64,000 bases of DNA from a virus, in IMG/VR virus record IMGVR_UViG_3300042305_002088, positions 1-64,000 of that record. The stretch is one strand, 5' to 3'. The stretch's first letter is position 1; each line of letters begins with the position of its first letter. Shown in pieces: positions 6,836 to 16,330 of this stretch. Position numbers and translations under genes: made by a program. Under the pieces are notes generated by a model that saw nothing but the letters and a program-made list of their open reading frames with translations, was not told the DNA's origin and searched no databases.

Positions 6836-6841
6836 CTTTTC

Positions 6842-6916
6842 GTCTCGTTCGTTCAACGGATAGGACAAGGCTCTTCTAAAGCCTCAATGTAGGTTCGATT
6901 CCTACACGAGACACCA
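6842..6916 (+). tRNA. tRNA-Arg(TCT)
   Basis: GTCTCGT/ACGAGAC acceptor stem; AGGCT-CTTCTAA-AGCCT; encoded CCA. Confidence 0.95.
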
Positions 6917-6960
6917 TTTCTATTTGCCAGTTCCTGCAATTTCCTCTAAATTAAAAATCT

Positions 6961-7098
6961 ATGCTTACTACACTACCGTTCGTTCTTTATATCGCCACTA
7001 CAATGCTTCTTTTTGGCTTTGTTTGTTATGCCATGGGGTATCTCAAAGGTCGTGATTACGAAACTATTGAGATCACTCGGGATAAAAAGACTAAATAA
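6961..7098 (+). CDS. 45-aa membrane peptide (below the ORF track cutoff)
   Basis: MLTTLPFVLYIATTMLLFGFVCYAMGYLKGRDYETIEITRDKKTK. Confidence 0.55.
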   Translation: MLTTLPFVLYIATTMLLFGFVCYAMGYLKGRDYETIEITRDKKTK

Positions 7099-7105
7099 AT
7101 TTAAC

Positions 7106-7177
7106 GTCGCCATCGTCTAACGGTTAGGACACATGGTTTTCATCCATGCAATCGGGGTTCGATTCCCCGTGGCGATG
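7106..7177 (+). tRNA. tRNA-Glu(TTC)
   Basis: GTCGCCA/TGGCGAT acceptor stem; CATGG-TTTTCAT-CCATG. Confidence 0.93.
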
Positions 7178-7179
7178 CT

Positions 7180-7419
7180 TTACCAAAACCAAATTTCATG
7201 AGAAGTCTCGTAATAAGGTGGCTTATCTCTATTAACAGGATCAAAATTAATCTTGTTATAAACTTTATAATCGTAATCTTTTATTTTTGTAGTATATGTA
7301 AAGACCGTTTCATTACGATGGGTTTCTGAAATTCCTTCTTTTTGATAACGATAATTGCCAGAAATTTGACAACTGCATAAAAACAGAGTTGCCAGCACGA
7401 TAAAACACTTTATACTCAC
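7180..7419 (-). CDS. putative lipoprotein
   Basis: Hydrophobic N-terminus ending LFLCSC; TAAATA motif at 7425-7430 on the minus strand. Confidence 0.6.
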   Translation of the reverse strand: MSIKCFIVLATLFLCSCQISGNYRYQKEGISETHRNETVFTYTTKIKDYDYKVYNKINFDPVNRDKPPYYETSHEIWFW

Positions 7420-7442
7420 AGCATTATTTATTATACAGTCGT

Positions 7443-8612
7443 ATGTCTAAAATTCAATTACCAAAAAATATCGGTCAAGGAACGCCTGCTAAAATTCGTC
7501 AAGACGTTCAATACTTTGATACTTCCCATCACGGTTCGTTTTTTCCCTTTGGAATATATTTTACATCGACATACGGGGTAATGCCTTCTACAGTACATAT
7601 TAATAAAACCTATACAGAAGACTTAGTTTTCTTTTTGAGAGAGAAGGGTGAAATCTTTCAAGACTTAGTTTCTATATCTGCAGGGTCTCCTCGTTCTATG
7701 ACACTCAGTATGTACCAAGACGATTTTGAACTTGATGAACCGGAGTATAAAGGCACTTTTCTTTATAAAGACTGTGTTATAAATTTTACAAGAACAACGT
7801 CTCGGAAGCATAAAAAAGCTACTGATACTCCACCGCTTTTTAATATTTCCATTTACTACAAGCCAGGTACAAAACCACCTGTGAAAGACTTTGATAAGTT
7901 CTTGTACGAAGAAAAACTTAATAGTGTTATTCATACTATTTTTAGAGACGAGCATGGAGGAATTGTTTTTGAGCCTTTCGAAACTGTTGTCCCTGAAGGA
8001 TATACAGTAGAGAAATATTATACAAAAGACTTTCAACCTATGCACAAGCATATTGTTGAAACACTTAAAAAGAACGAATCTGGGTTGTATCTCTTTCATG
8101 GTGAACCAGGTACAGGTAAGACTACGTATATTAAACATTTGGCTAGTCTCATTAACCGGGACATGATTTACGTTCCTGTAGCATTTATTGACTCTCTAGT
8201 TGATCCATCTTTCTTGCCAGCATTACTTAAAAAGCGTCATTCAATTCTTGTTATTGAAGATGCCGAAAAAGCTCTATTAGCTCGAGAGCCAGGTGATTCA
8301 TCCTCCCTAGTTTCTGCTATTCTTAATATCACAGACGGTATTATGGGAAATGTGTTCTCGATTTCAGTCATTGCTACTTACAATTCACCGAGAGCTGGAA
8401 TTGATAAAGCTCTTCTTCGTAAGGGCAGATTAAAAGGTGAGCACAAATTTGATAAACTTCCTATCGAACAAGTTCAGCAAATTATTGATGATAATAAGAT
8501 TAATTTTACTGCTAAAGAACCAATGTCTCTAGCAGAAATATTCAACACTCAAGAACCTGATACTCTTACTACTAAGGAGCTGGTCGAGGAAAAAAGAATG
8601 GGATTCTTTTAA
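7443..8612 (+). CDS. AAA+ ATPase
   Basis: Walker A GEPGTGKT, Walker B LVIEDAE, SRH-like DKALLRKGRL. Confidence 0.9.
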   Translation: MSKIQLPKNIGQGTPAKIRQDVQYFDTSHHGSFFPFGIYFTSTYGVMPSTVHINKTYTEDLVFFLREKGEIFQDLVSISAGSPRSMTLSMYQDDFELDEPEYKGTFLYKDCVINFTRTTSRKHKKATDTPPLFNISIYYKPGTKPPVKDFDKFLYEEKLNSVIHTIFRDEHGGIVFEPFETVVPEGYTVEKYYTKDFQPMHKHIVETLKKNESGLYLFHGEPGTGKTTYIKHLASLINRDMIYVPVAFIDSLVDPSFLPALLKKRHSILVIEDAEKALLAREPGDSSSLVSAILNITDGIMGNVFSISVIATYNSPRAGIDKALLRKGRLKGEHKFDKLPIEQVQQIIDDNKINFTAKEPMSLAEIFNTQEPDTLTTKELVEEKRMGFF

Positions 8613-8657
8613 AAAATAGTTGAAATGTCAAAAACCGCATTTAATATTAAACACGTT

Positions 8658-8903
8658 ATGAAAAACACAAACACAAGCATCACGACGATGGGTCTTGACG
8701 AAATTGCTAACTTCTACATTCCGGCTAATGCGCCTAAGAATGTTAAGTCCTGCATTGTTGAGAACTATCTCGATACTACCCGCTATGAGTTCCTCGGGTT
8801 TGTTGATCGCTCGAATACGGCTATTCTTCGCCAACGCTTCCATAGCGTTCGTGATAACAACGGTCGTTTCGCTAAGATCCGCAACACTCGCCGTGCTCGC
8901 TAA
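8658..8903 (+). CDS. hypothetical protein with a basic C-terminal RDxxGRF motif
   Basis: Start 8658 preferred over 8625 because TTGAAA-16-TAATAT lies at 8620-8647. Confidence 0.6.
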   Translation: MKNTNTSITTMGLDEIANFYIPANAPKNVKSCIVENYLDTTRYEFLGFVDRSNTAILRQRFHSVRDNNGRFAKIRNTRRAR

Positions 8904-8925
8904 TCGGTAAGTAGTAGAACATCAT

Positions 8926-8960
8926 GAACCCGGTTTTGGGCTTGACTCAGAACCGGGTTC
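8926..8960 (+). terminator. 15-bp hairpin, terminator-like, overlapping the -35 box of the next promoter
   Basis: GAACCCGGTTTTGGG-CTTGA-CTCAGAACCGGGTTC; weak U tail. Confidence 0.55.
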
Positions 8961-8970
8961 CTGTTATACT
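8942..8970 (+). promoter_or_regulatory. sigma70-type promoter, probably giving a leaderless mRNA
   Basis: TTGACT-17-TATACT with TG extension; ATG 6 nt downstream. Confidence 0.75.
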
Positions 8971-8976
8971 GACATC

Positions 8977-9264
8977 ATGAAAAAATTAGAAACTAAATTT
9001 AGTAAAAAAGGCTTTAACTACTCTCAAGTTACTCGTAAAGGTAATTTTGCAATTTACGAGCAGCAAAACGATAAAATTAAAAATGGGTCAAAAAATTATG
9101 AGGTAGTTGAGATTAAATCTCACAATGGTTATGAGATTGGTGGATCGAAGATTGCGGCTGCGGAAGTTTACCCAGGTTCTTCTCAGTGGGGCCTGTTGGG
9201 ATGGACCTACTCAGATTTAAAATCAGCTGAGAATCGTTTCAACAAGCTCGTCAAAGGAAAGTGA
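8977..9264 (+). CDS. hypothetical protein
   Basis: 95-aa ORF with its own promoter. Confidence 0.7.
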   Translation: MKKLETKFSKKGFNYSQVTRKGNFAIYEQQNDKIKNGSKNYEVVEIKSHNGYEIGGSKIAAAEVYPGSSQWGLLGWTYSDLKSAENRFNKLVKGK

Positions 9265-9408
9265 TTCTTTCTTAAGAAACTTTTTAATCTCTTTTTTAGG
9301 CATTTCTTTAGCAACTTTTTTAGCTGCACCGGAAACACCCTTTTGACCTTTCTTAGCTCCCATCACAGCACCAAAGAACTTTTTTTGTTTTTCTGATTTT
9401 GCTGGCAT
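9223..9408 (-). CDS. small basic DUF3008-like protein
   Basis: MPAKSEKQKKFFGAVMGAKKG...AKKVAKEM; start revised to ATG 9408. Confidence 0.6.
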   Translation of the reverse strand: MPAKSEKQKKFFGAVMGAKKGQKGVSGAAKKVAKEMPKKEIKKFLKKESLSFDELVETILS

Positions 9409-9438
9409 ATTATGATTAATTAAGCAATATATTACAAA

Positions 9439-9993
9439 ATGGCTGCAGTAAAACAAAAACGTCAAAAGCGAGTAGATCTTGTTTGCATACTAACAGGGGA
9501 AGTAATTCCTAAGCAACCAAGAGCACGAATTGATAAACAGGCTAAAAAGCTTAAGTTCGATGACTCTGAGGATTACATTAATTACTTTATTTCCCGGGAT
9601 GCTCGTAAATTACTATCTAAAGGTAGTTCAGAGTTAGAAATTCGTAAACAGTACAAATGTAAGGAAACAAAACCAATTCCTTTTCACATACTGAAGTGTT
9701 ACGTTAAGAAATTTAAATCAAAGGACGCTGTAGATCGCAAGAGACAAAAGAAGATAGCTGAAGAGTATAAAAATAAACCTATTATAATGCAGTGGAAAGG
9801 CTCTGAACCTGTTAGCCTATTGAAAAATAAAGAAATGTGTGAAAAGGTTACACAGTTTGCCTGCTGGCGTCCAGATATCTATCTGGATTTAGGTTGTGAG
9901 GCCTGTATACTAAAAGACAATTGCGCTTGTCCAATTAAAAATCTCAAACGAAAGCCTCATGCTAGAAGATCTCAAAAAGCTAAAAGTATTTGA
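9439..9993 (+). CDS. basic hypothetical protein with a Cys cluster
   Basis: CWRPDIYLDLGCEACILKDNCAC. Confidence 0.65.
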   Translation: MAAVKQKRQKRVDLVCILTGEVIPKQPRARIDKQAKKLKFDDSEDYINYFISRDARKLLSKGSSELEIRKQYKCKETKPIPFHILKCYVKKFKSKDAVDRKRQKKIAEEYKNKPIIMQWKGSEPVSLLKNKEMCEKVTQFACWRPDIYLDLGCEACILKDNCACPIKNLKRKPHARRSQKAKSI

Positions 9994-10741
9994 CCGAATC
10001 ACCTTTTACGACGATAAACACTCGTATAAAATTGACGGTCAACCTTCTGCTAAGGTATCCGTTACTGGTTTAGTTAGCTCTGTTAAAGAGCCATTTGACG
10101 AAGAAAAGTGGTCTAAAATTAAAGCTAAAGAATTCGGTTTTTCTCCTGAAGAGATGAAACTCGTTTGGAAGAAAAATAACCAAATGGCTACGTATCAAGG
10201 CTCAACTCTTCACAACTATATTGATAACTTTTATCAGAACAAAGTTAAACCTTACGATAAAAATTTAGCTAAAGCTATTCTTGGAGATGTTTTGCATGAT
10301 AAGATGTATGGAAATCTTAAAGTTCTTGTTAAGCAGTTTGATAGTTTTTATCAGGCTACAAAAGATGAAATTCTACCTATTAAAAACGAATTTGTAGTAG
10401 GAGATTTAACAGATACTCGCGTTTGTGGTATGCTTGATATGTTGTCGTATAACACAAAAACTAATAAGTTTGAAATTTACGATTTTAAAACTAATAAGAG
10501 ATTTAGTATGGCTTCTGAATTTGAAAAGAACTTCTTGCCACCTCTTGAGCATCTCGACGAGTGTGAGTTTAATACTTACTCACTTCAATTATCTTTATAT
10601 AAAATCTTTATTCAGAAATATACAGATATAGAGATTGATAAGCTTAAAGTAGTTTGGTTTTCAGTTAATAATGAAGACTACAAAATTGTAGAGTTAAATT
10701 ATCTTCCAGAAGAATGTAAAACTCTATTGAAGTATTTTTAA
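9959..10741 (+). CDS. PD-(D/E)XK exonuclease (RecB/Cas4-like)
   Basis: GSTLH, E...CGMLD...IYDFKT and YSLQLSLY motifs. Confidence 0.85.
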   Translation: MLEDLKKLKVFDRITFYDDKHSYKIDGQPSAKVSVTGLVSSVKEPFDEEKWSKIKAKEFGFSPEEMKLVWKKNNQMATYQGSTLHNYIDNFYQNKVKPYDKNLAKAILGDVLHDKMYGNLKVLVKQFDSFYQATKDEILPIKNEFVVGDLTDTRVCGMLDMLSYNTKTNKFEIYDFKTNKRFSMASEFEKNFLPPLEHLDECEFNTYSLQLSLYKIFIQKYTDIEIDKLKVVWFSVNNEDYKIVELNYLPEECKTLLKYF

Positions 10742-11097
10742 CCAATAACACGCTCTATTAAGAAGTAGGTGATTAATACTGTGAGGTACAATACCGGTAT
10801 TAATGTCCAGTGTGTAAATACACAAGATGCAATAATACATAGCCAAAAAGCTATGCATAAAGGGCAGCTTATTAAAGCAACTATGAATTTACAGATAGAG
10901 CATTTTAAAACTAGTTTGCTTTTTATATAGAGGTGTTGAGGAAAAGTTAATCCTTCTGATCCATCGTTATAATTTAAAAGTAAGTTTCGTAAACCAAAAA
11001 GTTTTGCGTACTCTACAAATGCACTTGATTTAAACCAAACTACCATAATAGTTACAATAAGACAAACTACTTTAATAAAAACCAGCAAATCCTCCAT
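10738..11097 (-). CDS. membrane protein, DUF1360-like
   Basis: LISCPLCIAFW motif and several hydrophobic segments; start revised to MEDLL. Confidence 0.55.
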   Translation of the reverse strand: MEDLLVFIKVVCLIVTIMVVWFKSSAFVEYAKLFGLRNLLLNYNDGSEGLTFPQHLYIKSKLVLKCSICKFIVALISCPLCIAFWLCIIASCVFTHWTLIPVLYLTVLITYFLIERVIG

Positions 11098-11118
11098 AAA
11101 TATATATAATATAATTAT

Positions 11119-11547
11119 ATGAAATTTGATAGTCTTTTTAAAACCGTATTTCTTACCGAACAAGACGAAGTAGCTTTACCGGAAGATGATTTAGCACCTG
11201 TAGCAGACGAAACACCGGCTCCAGAATCTGATGGAGTTCCAATGCCTGACAATTATGATGTTGAACCAGCTCCTGTTGCTCAACCTGCTGGTGATGCCGG
11301 TTCAATTAAAAACTATATTATGAAATTAGATGAATTTGCTGATTCTTTAAACGGAGTTGATTCCGGTTCACTTCAGCAAATGGTAACCGACATGGACAGA
11401 GCTGGTTCATTGTTCCAAGGTATTTCTAGAGAAACTTCCTCCGATATTATTAAGCTTGCCGAACAGGCCAGACAATTAGCAGAAATCCTTAAGGGGTTTG
11501 TTATTAACTCTGCTAAACGTCAGAGAGATATTGCCGCCGGCGCCTAA
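11119..11547 (+). CDS. acidic hypothetical protein, putative virion protein
   Basis: TAAATA at 11097; N-terminus MKFDSLFKTVFLTE. Confidence 0.65.
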   Translation: MKFDSLFKTVFLTEQDEVALPEDDLAPVADETPAPESDGVPMPDNYDVEPAPVAQPAGDAGSIKNYIMKLDEFADSLNGVDSGSLQQMVTDMDRAGSLFQGISRETSSDIIKLAEQARQLAEILKGFVINSAKRQRDIAAGA

Positions 11548-11564
11548 GCCTGTATAATATAGAG

Positions 11565-12569
11565 GTGGAAGGACTACCTCAAGATTATGTCATACAGGCT
11601 CTCTACTCCTACTGCAAAAGGCCTGTATACAAGAAGTATCAAAGAGTTTACAACGCAGAGTGCTGTGTATGCGGGGAAGGTAGTTCTGCTGGTCGTAAGC
11701 GTCGGCTTTTTTATTTTTCAGATGATCGGTATTTCTATTGCTTTAATTGCAGTCGGTCTTGGTCTGAGCTTAGTTGGATTCATGAGATTACTAAAAAGTC
11801 TATTCCGGAAATCTTAAGAGAGACTAAAAACTTTGTTCCTACTTCTCAAGTTCAAAATAAGATTCAAAAGCAGAACGAGGCTGTTAAGCAGGTTGAGATA
11901 CCTTCTATCCCTGATGATTCAATTAATATTTGTGATTCTTCTCAAGTAGACTATTATAAGGATAATAAATTCATTAAAAGAGTAATTGAATATTGTCAGT
12001 CCCGGAGATTGTTTAGTGCTGTTAATAAACCGAAGTCTTTGTATGTTTCGTTTAAGGATAAAGTACATAAAAACAGACTTATAATTCCTTTTTATGGGGA
12101 GTCTGGTAAAATAGAATCTTATCAATCGAGAACTCTAGACGGAGACACATATCCAAAATATCTAACAAAGTACGGAGAAAAGAGCCTTTACGGCGAAAAC
12201 AATATAGATAACGATATACCTTATATCTTTATCTTTGAAGGGCCAATTGATGCTATGTTTGTTAAAAATGCTGTAGCTGTTGGTGGTGCTTCAATGACTG
12301 ATAAACAAGAGGCTTTTGTTAAGAAGTGTGTTGATAAAGAGGTTATATACGTTTACGACAACGATAAGAACAATAAAGAGATGTCTAAGAAAATTAAGAA
12401 CCTTATTAAACAAAATAAAAAGCTTTTTGTATGGCCTAAAGAGCTTAAGAAATATAAAGATGTTAACGAGATTTGCTGTAATCTTTGCCTCGACGAATTA
12501 CCTTACAAGTTTATTGTACAGAACTCCTACTCTGGAGTTGAAGCTTTAATGAAGCAAAAAATTACTTAA
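11565..12569 (+). CDS. gp61: DNA primase (T4 gp61-like)
   Basis: Zn finger CCVCGE...YCFNC; TOPRIM FEGPIDAMF and YDND. Confidence 0.92.
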   Translation: MEGLPQDYVIQALYSYCKRPVYKKYQRVYNAECCVCGEGSSAGRKRRLFYFSDDRYFYCFNCSRSWSELSWIHEITKKSIPEILRETKNFVPTSQVQNKIQKQNEAVKQVEIPSIPDDSINICDSSQVDYYKDNKFIKRVIEYCQSRRLFSAVNKPKSLYVSFKDKVHKNRLIIPFYGESGKIESYQSRTLDGDTYPKYLTKYGEKSLYGENNIDNDIPYIFIFEGPIDAMFVKNAVAVGGASMTDKQEAFVKKCVDKEVIYVYDNDKNNKEMSKKIKNLIKQNKKLFVWPKELKKYKDVNEICCNLCLDELPYKFIVQNSYSGVEALMKQKIT

Positions 12570-12801
12570 GATTACTTACACAGAAGTTAATAGCCTTAAG
12601 AAACTTATCTTTGTAATTACGAATCGGCTTTACTTCTGTTTCAGCCTCTGCTTCTTCGATCATTTGAAGTCTTGAAAATTCTTCTTTAAGAGATTTTAAA
12701 AACTTTTCAGAAAACTGAATTTGTTTTGGATAACGAACTCTTGTAACAACTTTCATAGTTGTCGGAAAAAAACTTTCACAGATTTGATCGAACTTTAACA
12801 T
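12562..12801 (-). CDS. hypothetical protein
   Basis: 79-aa ORF in a tightly packed minus-strand run. Confidence 0.6.
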   Translation of the reverse strand: MLKFDQICESFFPTTMKVVTRVRYPKQIQFSEKFLKSLKEEFSRLQMIEEAEAETEVKPIRNYKDKFLKAINFCVSNLK

Positions 12802-12803
12802 TA

Positions 12804-13352
12804 TTATCCTCCGTATAGTTTGGCTCCGCCAAAATCTGCTAAAGCTCCTAAAGCTTGTGCTGCATAACCAAGGCGGCTTTTACCTGGCTCTTTCTCGAGA
12901 GCATTAGCTACCAAGCCGTTTGTTACTTCCCACTGATTTTTATTTGTATACTTTACAATAACATCTCTTTCTTGAGCACCATTTTTGTTGACGCTTTTGT
13001 TGTTAAGAAAATCACGTAAATTTTTAGCCGGCTTCGGTGAAGCGCTTTCCCATAAATTTTTTAAAACATCTAAAATTAAAATATTTTTTCCAACTGTACG
13101 TGCATCTTGACCTGCGATATAACCTTTAGTAACAATAGGAAATATTTTATTAATATCCGATTCTGTAACTTCCCCTAAACCGAGTTCTTTATGTTTTGCT
13201 AAAATATCTTTAAACCAATCTGGAAAAACTATACCTTGTTGCGGTATTGGTGGTGTTGTCTGCGGTGGTAGCGGGGCACCAGCAGGCATGACAGTCGGTG
13301 TTGGTTTAGGCTGTTCTAGAACCAAATGTACTATTTTTGTAAAATTAAACAT
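12804..13352 (-). CDS. hypothetical protein, putative virion protein
   Basis: TAAATA motif at 13367-13372 (minus strand); Pro-rich linker. Confidence 0.65.
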   Translation of the reverse strand: MFNFTKIVHLVLEQPKPTPTVMPAGAPLPPQTTPPIPQQGIVFPDWFKDILAKHKELGLGEVTESDINKIFPIVTKGYIAGQDARTVGKNILILDVLKNLWESASPKPAKNLRDFLNNKSVNKNGAQERDVIVKYTNKNQWEVTNGLVANALEKEPGKSRLGYAAQALGALADFGGAKLYGG

Positions 13353-13379
13353 AGTGATAGTATTATTATTTAATACAAA

Positions 13380-14012
13380 TCACATACCAGCTAGCAAAGA
13401 ACCGTCTTCTTCATCAAAGAATTTACCAGACGGTTTAATATACAAAGGAATCTGTTCAATACGTAGATCTGGAGGACCTTCTAGAGTTATAACAGCCGGA
13501 CAATCTTCTTTAGGGAAGAAAATACCTTGCTGCTTTTCATATGTTCCAACAACAGCTCTAAAGAGATTATCGATTTCTTGACGATAAACAGGGTCAATGG
13601 CGCGCCCTTTTTTAGGCACGATAGCAATTTCTTCTCTTAAAGGAACATAAAAGATAATATCAAACACACGGATTGCTTCAAAGGCGATACGCTTTGCATC
13701 CATAATAAATTCATCTGACACTTTACCTTTTTCGTTAAGCCAGAGTGAATAAACAATATTATCAATAACACACCGATCAAATACTAAAAAATCATTACCT
13801 TCTGCGGAAGCTTTTTGTGTATCATCAATAATTGCATCGAGAATAGCACGTTGAGATTCCGCAGTACCATCTTCATTATTGGTAATTTTGCCGGTTTTAA
13901 TGAGTTTACGGTATGTAGACTTGACCTCTTTATACATTGGCCAACGCTTACAGAACTCTTTAATTAGTGTACTTTTTCCATTACACTGTGTACCCATGAA
14001 TGCAATTTTCAT
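13380..14012 (-). CDS. P-loop nucleotide kinase-like protein (AAA_28/NadR-like)
   Basis: GTQCNGKST and VFDRCVID motifs. Confidence 0.75.
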   Translation of the reverse strand: MKIAFMGTQCNGKSTLIKEFCKRWPMYKEVKSTYRKLIKTGKITNNEDGTAESQRAILDAIIDDTQKASAEGNDFLVFDRCVIDNIVYSLWLNEKGKVSDEFIMDAKRIAFEAIRVFDIIFYVPLREEIAIVPKKGRAIDPVYRQEIDNLFRAVVGTYEKQQGIFFPKEDCPAVITLEGPPDLRIEQIPLYIKPSGKFFDEEDGSLLAGM

Positions 14013-14014
14013 GA

Positions 14015-14773
14015 TTATACTTTAAGGGCTTTATTCCAGATTAGCAATTGCAGTCTTGGTGAAAAGTTAACATGCATAGCTTTTGCATATTCTGCTACCG
14101 CAGGTGCATTCTGTACATGCTCTTCTCTGGAACCACAACAAGGCATAAACCAGATTCGATGAAGCGGTACATTAATGCCTTTATCATCATTAACGTATTT
14201 TCGCCAAATCTCTTCAATATCTTTGTCAGAGTTGATAACAAATTTAAACCCTGAACCGTTTGTTACATGCCATTGAAGTGCTTCTGGCTTATAGGTCTTC
14301 TCTTCTGGATCTCCATTTGAGATAAGTTTAGGGGATGTAGTAAAGGTGGCTCTGAATTCATTACGCCATCTCTCAGAGGGAATCAAAGTAGCATTAGTTT
14401 CAAAATCAATACGTGATACAAAGTTATACCTCTCTTTAAAGGCTTCAATAAATTTAAGAAGCTGCTTTTCTTGAATGATGGGCTCACCACCTGTTAGTTT
14501 TAAAATTGCACCATGGCGAAGATGTTCGATATAGTTATTATCTTCCATCATCTGAAATACTTCAGCAAATGTTTTTTTGTTCTTAACAGACCAAGATACA
14601 AACGAATCACAACCATTAGGTGAATCTGGTGACGCAAATCCAATACAAGTTAAGTTACACATTGACATGCGCATAAACACAGAAGGCTGACCGACAAATT
14701 CACCTTCACCCTCAACTGTGTAAAATACTAAGTCGTCTGACAAGAACAATGTTTCTTTATTAATATCAATCAT
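14015..14773 (-). CDS. queE: 7-carboxy-7-deazaguanine synthase (radical SAM)
   Basis: FYTVEGEG, CNLTC...CDS, LTGGEP, ETNAT, SPKL, PRLQ. Confidence 0.9.
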   Translation of the reverse strand: MIDINKETLFLSDDLVFYTVEGEGEFVGQPSVFMRMSMCNLTCIGFASPDSPNGCDSFVSWSVKNKKTFAEVFQMMEDNNYIEHLRHGAILKLTGGEPIIQEKQLLKFIEAFKERYNFVSRIDFETNATLIPSERWRNEFRATFTTSPKLISNGDPEEKTYKPEALQWHVTNGSGFKFVINSDKDIEEIWRKYVNDDKGINVPLHRIWFMPCCGSREEHVQNAPAVAEYAKAMHVNFSPRLQLLIWNKALKV

Positions 14774-14776
14774 AAA

Positions 14777-14983
14777 TTATCCTCCAATTATAAATTTATA
14801 AAGTAGGGTACAGATTACAAGAGCAACCCAACCCAGTGGATTTAAAAATAATAAAACAAATCCTGCAAAAATCAAGGACACTAATACAGTTAAAAATTCC
14901 CAAAAGCCGATTTTCTTATCTTTTGGTACAACTTTTTCAAAGCTAGCATTGATTATTTCAAGACCGTTTTTCATATATAGCAC
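14777..14983 (-). CDS. small membrane protein
   Basis: Two hydrophobic segments. Confidence 0.6.
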   Translation of the reverse strand: MLYMKNGLEIINASFEKVVPKDKKIGFWEFLTVLVSLIFAGFVLLFLNPLGWVALVICTLLYKFIIGG

Positions 14984-15404
14984 TGTTAAGTTCGTGTTCC
15001 CAAACTTCTACTTTCTCAACCCAGCAACGACCAACTGACATCTCCCGAATCATAGGATCAACAGCCTTAAAGCACCACTCAGCAGTCTTTTCAATTCCTA
15101 CACCATCCATAACTTTGAGAATACATCCCCCTTTAGCATCGAGTTGTTTAAATTCCTCAAGTAACGGATCATCTTTAGCAATACAAAGAGTGTGATCGAA
15201 CTGCTCTTGTAATACTCTTTTAACGTCTTTTAATCCGCCGAAATTAATAACCCAATTTTTATTATCTAAGCCAGTGCAGCCAAACCAAAACTTTGCTTTA
15301 AGCTGATAGCCATGAATGTACTTGCAGTGTGTGCCCTCAGCGCTCCACTGACGGAAGGCACAAGAGCCAAGTTCAATTATTTTAGTTGATTCGAATTTAA
15401 TCAT
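14958..15404 (-). CDS. queD: 6-carboxy-tetrahydropterin synthase
   Basis: CKYIHGY, FDHTL and EVWEH motifs. Confidence 0.88.
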   Translation of the reverse strand: MIKFESTKIIELGSCAFRQWSAEGTHCKYIHGYQLKAKFWFGCTGLDNKNWVINFGGLKDVKRVLQEQFDHTLCIAKDDPLLEEFKQLDAKGGCILKVMDGVGIEKTAEWCFKAVDPMIREMSVGRCWVEKVEVWEHELNSAIYEKRS

Positions 15405-15691
15405 TAGGCTTGTTGTAATGGAACGACGTTAAGATTATCTTTAAAGAAGTTAAAGACAGACTGTGTCCAAGAATCTTCGTAATTCTCTTCTTGATAAAAT
15501 ACGATGTTTTTAAGATTAGTTGATCCGTTTAGTTGGGTTTTAAGCTTTTTGGAGAGAGATACCATCTTATTAATATCCTTCTCAGACCAGTCAGCCCCGA
15601 CGTTAACAGAAGAAGCAAACAGTAAGGCTTCTAAAAGCATGTTTGCCTCGTCTTGTTTGAGTTCAAGTGTTACCGTACTACTAGTTTTCAT
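15404..15691 (-). CDS. hypothetical protein
   Basis: Stop overlaps the queD start. Confidence 0.6.
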   Translation of the reverse strand: MKTSSTVTLELKQDEANMLLEALLFASSVNVGADWSEKDINKMVSLSKKLKTQLNGSTNLKNIVFYQEENYEDSWTQSVFNFFKDNLNVVPLQQA

Positions 15692-15718
15692 ATAGCAGTA
15701 TTATACAAGCTCTAGAAC

Positions 15719-16330
15719 TTATTTCAACTTTTTATTAAACAGGTTATAGATACTTTGATCAAATTTACCGTAAAGATCAATAATAATTTGTTTTCTCTCT
15801 TGGTCTGAAACATGCTTATACATGTCTCTTATTTGAGTAGCACCGGTGACAGTTTTACCTAACACTTTAAAAGGGTTAACAGTAGCTACTTTAACATAGC
15901 CTTTATCCTTCATAGGTAGAAGCTGATTAGCATCTTCTAACCTTTGAAAGTAGCCAGGTGAGCCGTCTTTTTTGGTGTATGAAATTCTAGAAGCGTCTTT
16001 TTCAGATAAAGCGTATACAAGACTATCTTTATCTTGATTATATTTTTCTGAAATTTCTTTAGCCACGTAAGGTGACTTTACCTTTACAATTCTATCTCCA
16101 GGTATACCTAGTTTTTGTAAAATAAATTTACGCTCTTCAAACGTAAAAGGGGATAATGCATCTACTTTCTCAGAAGTAGCAATATAAACGTCTGAATTAG
16201 GAAACTCTTGTTTTAAAGAATTATAAAGCCCGGCATGTCCCTTATGTGCGGGTTGAAACCGGCCTGGGAAAATTACTACTACTTTACCGTCTCTTGTCTG
16301 CTCTGTAAAGAAACTATTAAAAGCTATCAT
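15719..16330 (-). CDS. HIGH-motif cytidylyltransferase-like protein
   Basis: FPGRFQPAHKGH, PFTFEER and GATQIR motifs. Confidence 0.8.
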   Translation of the reverse strand: MIAFNSFFTEQTRDGKVVVIFPGRFQPAHKGHAGLYNSLKQEFPNSDVYIATSEKVDALSPFTFEERKFILQKLGIPGDRIVKVKSPYVAKEISEKYNQDKDSLVYALSEKDASRISYTKKDGSPGYFQRLEDANQLLPMKDKGYVKVATVNPFKVLGKTVTGATQIRDMYKHVSDQERKQIIIDLYGKFDQSIYNLFNKKLK

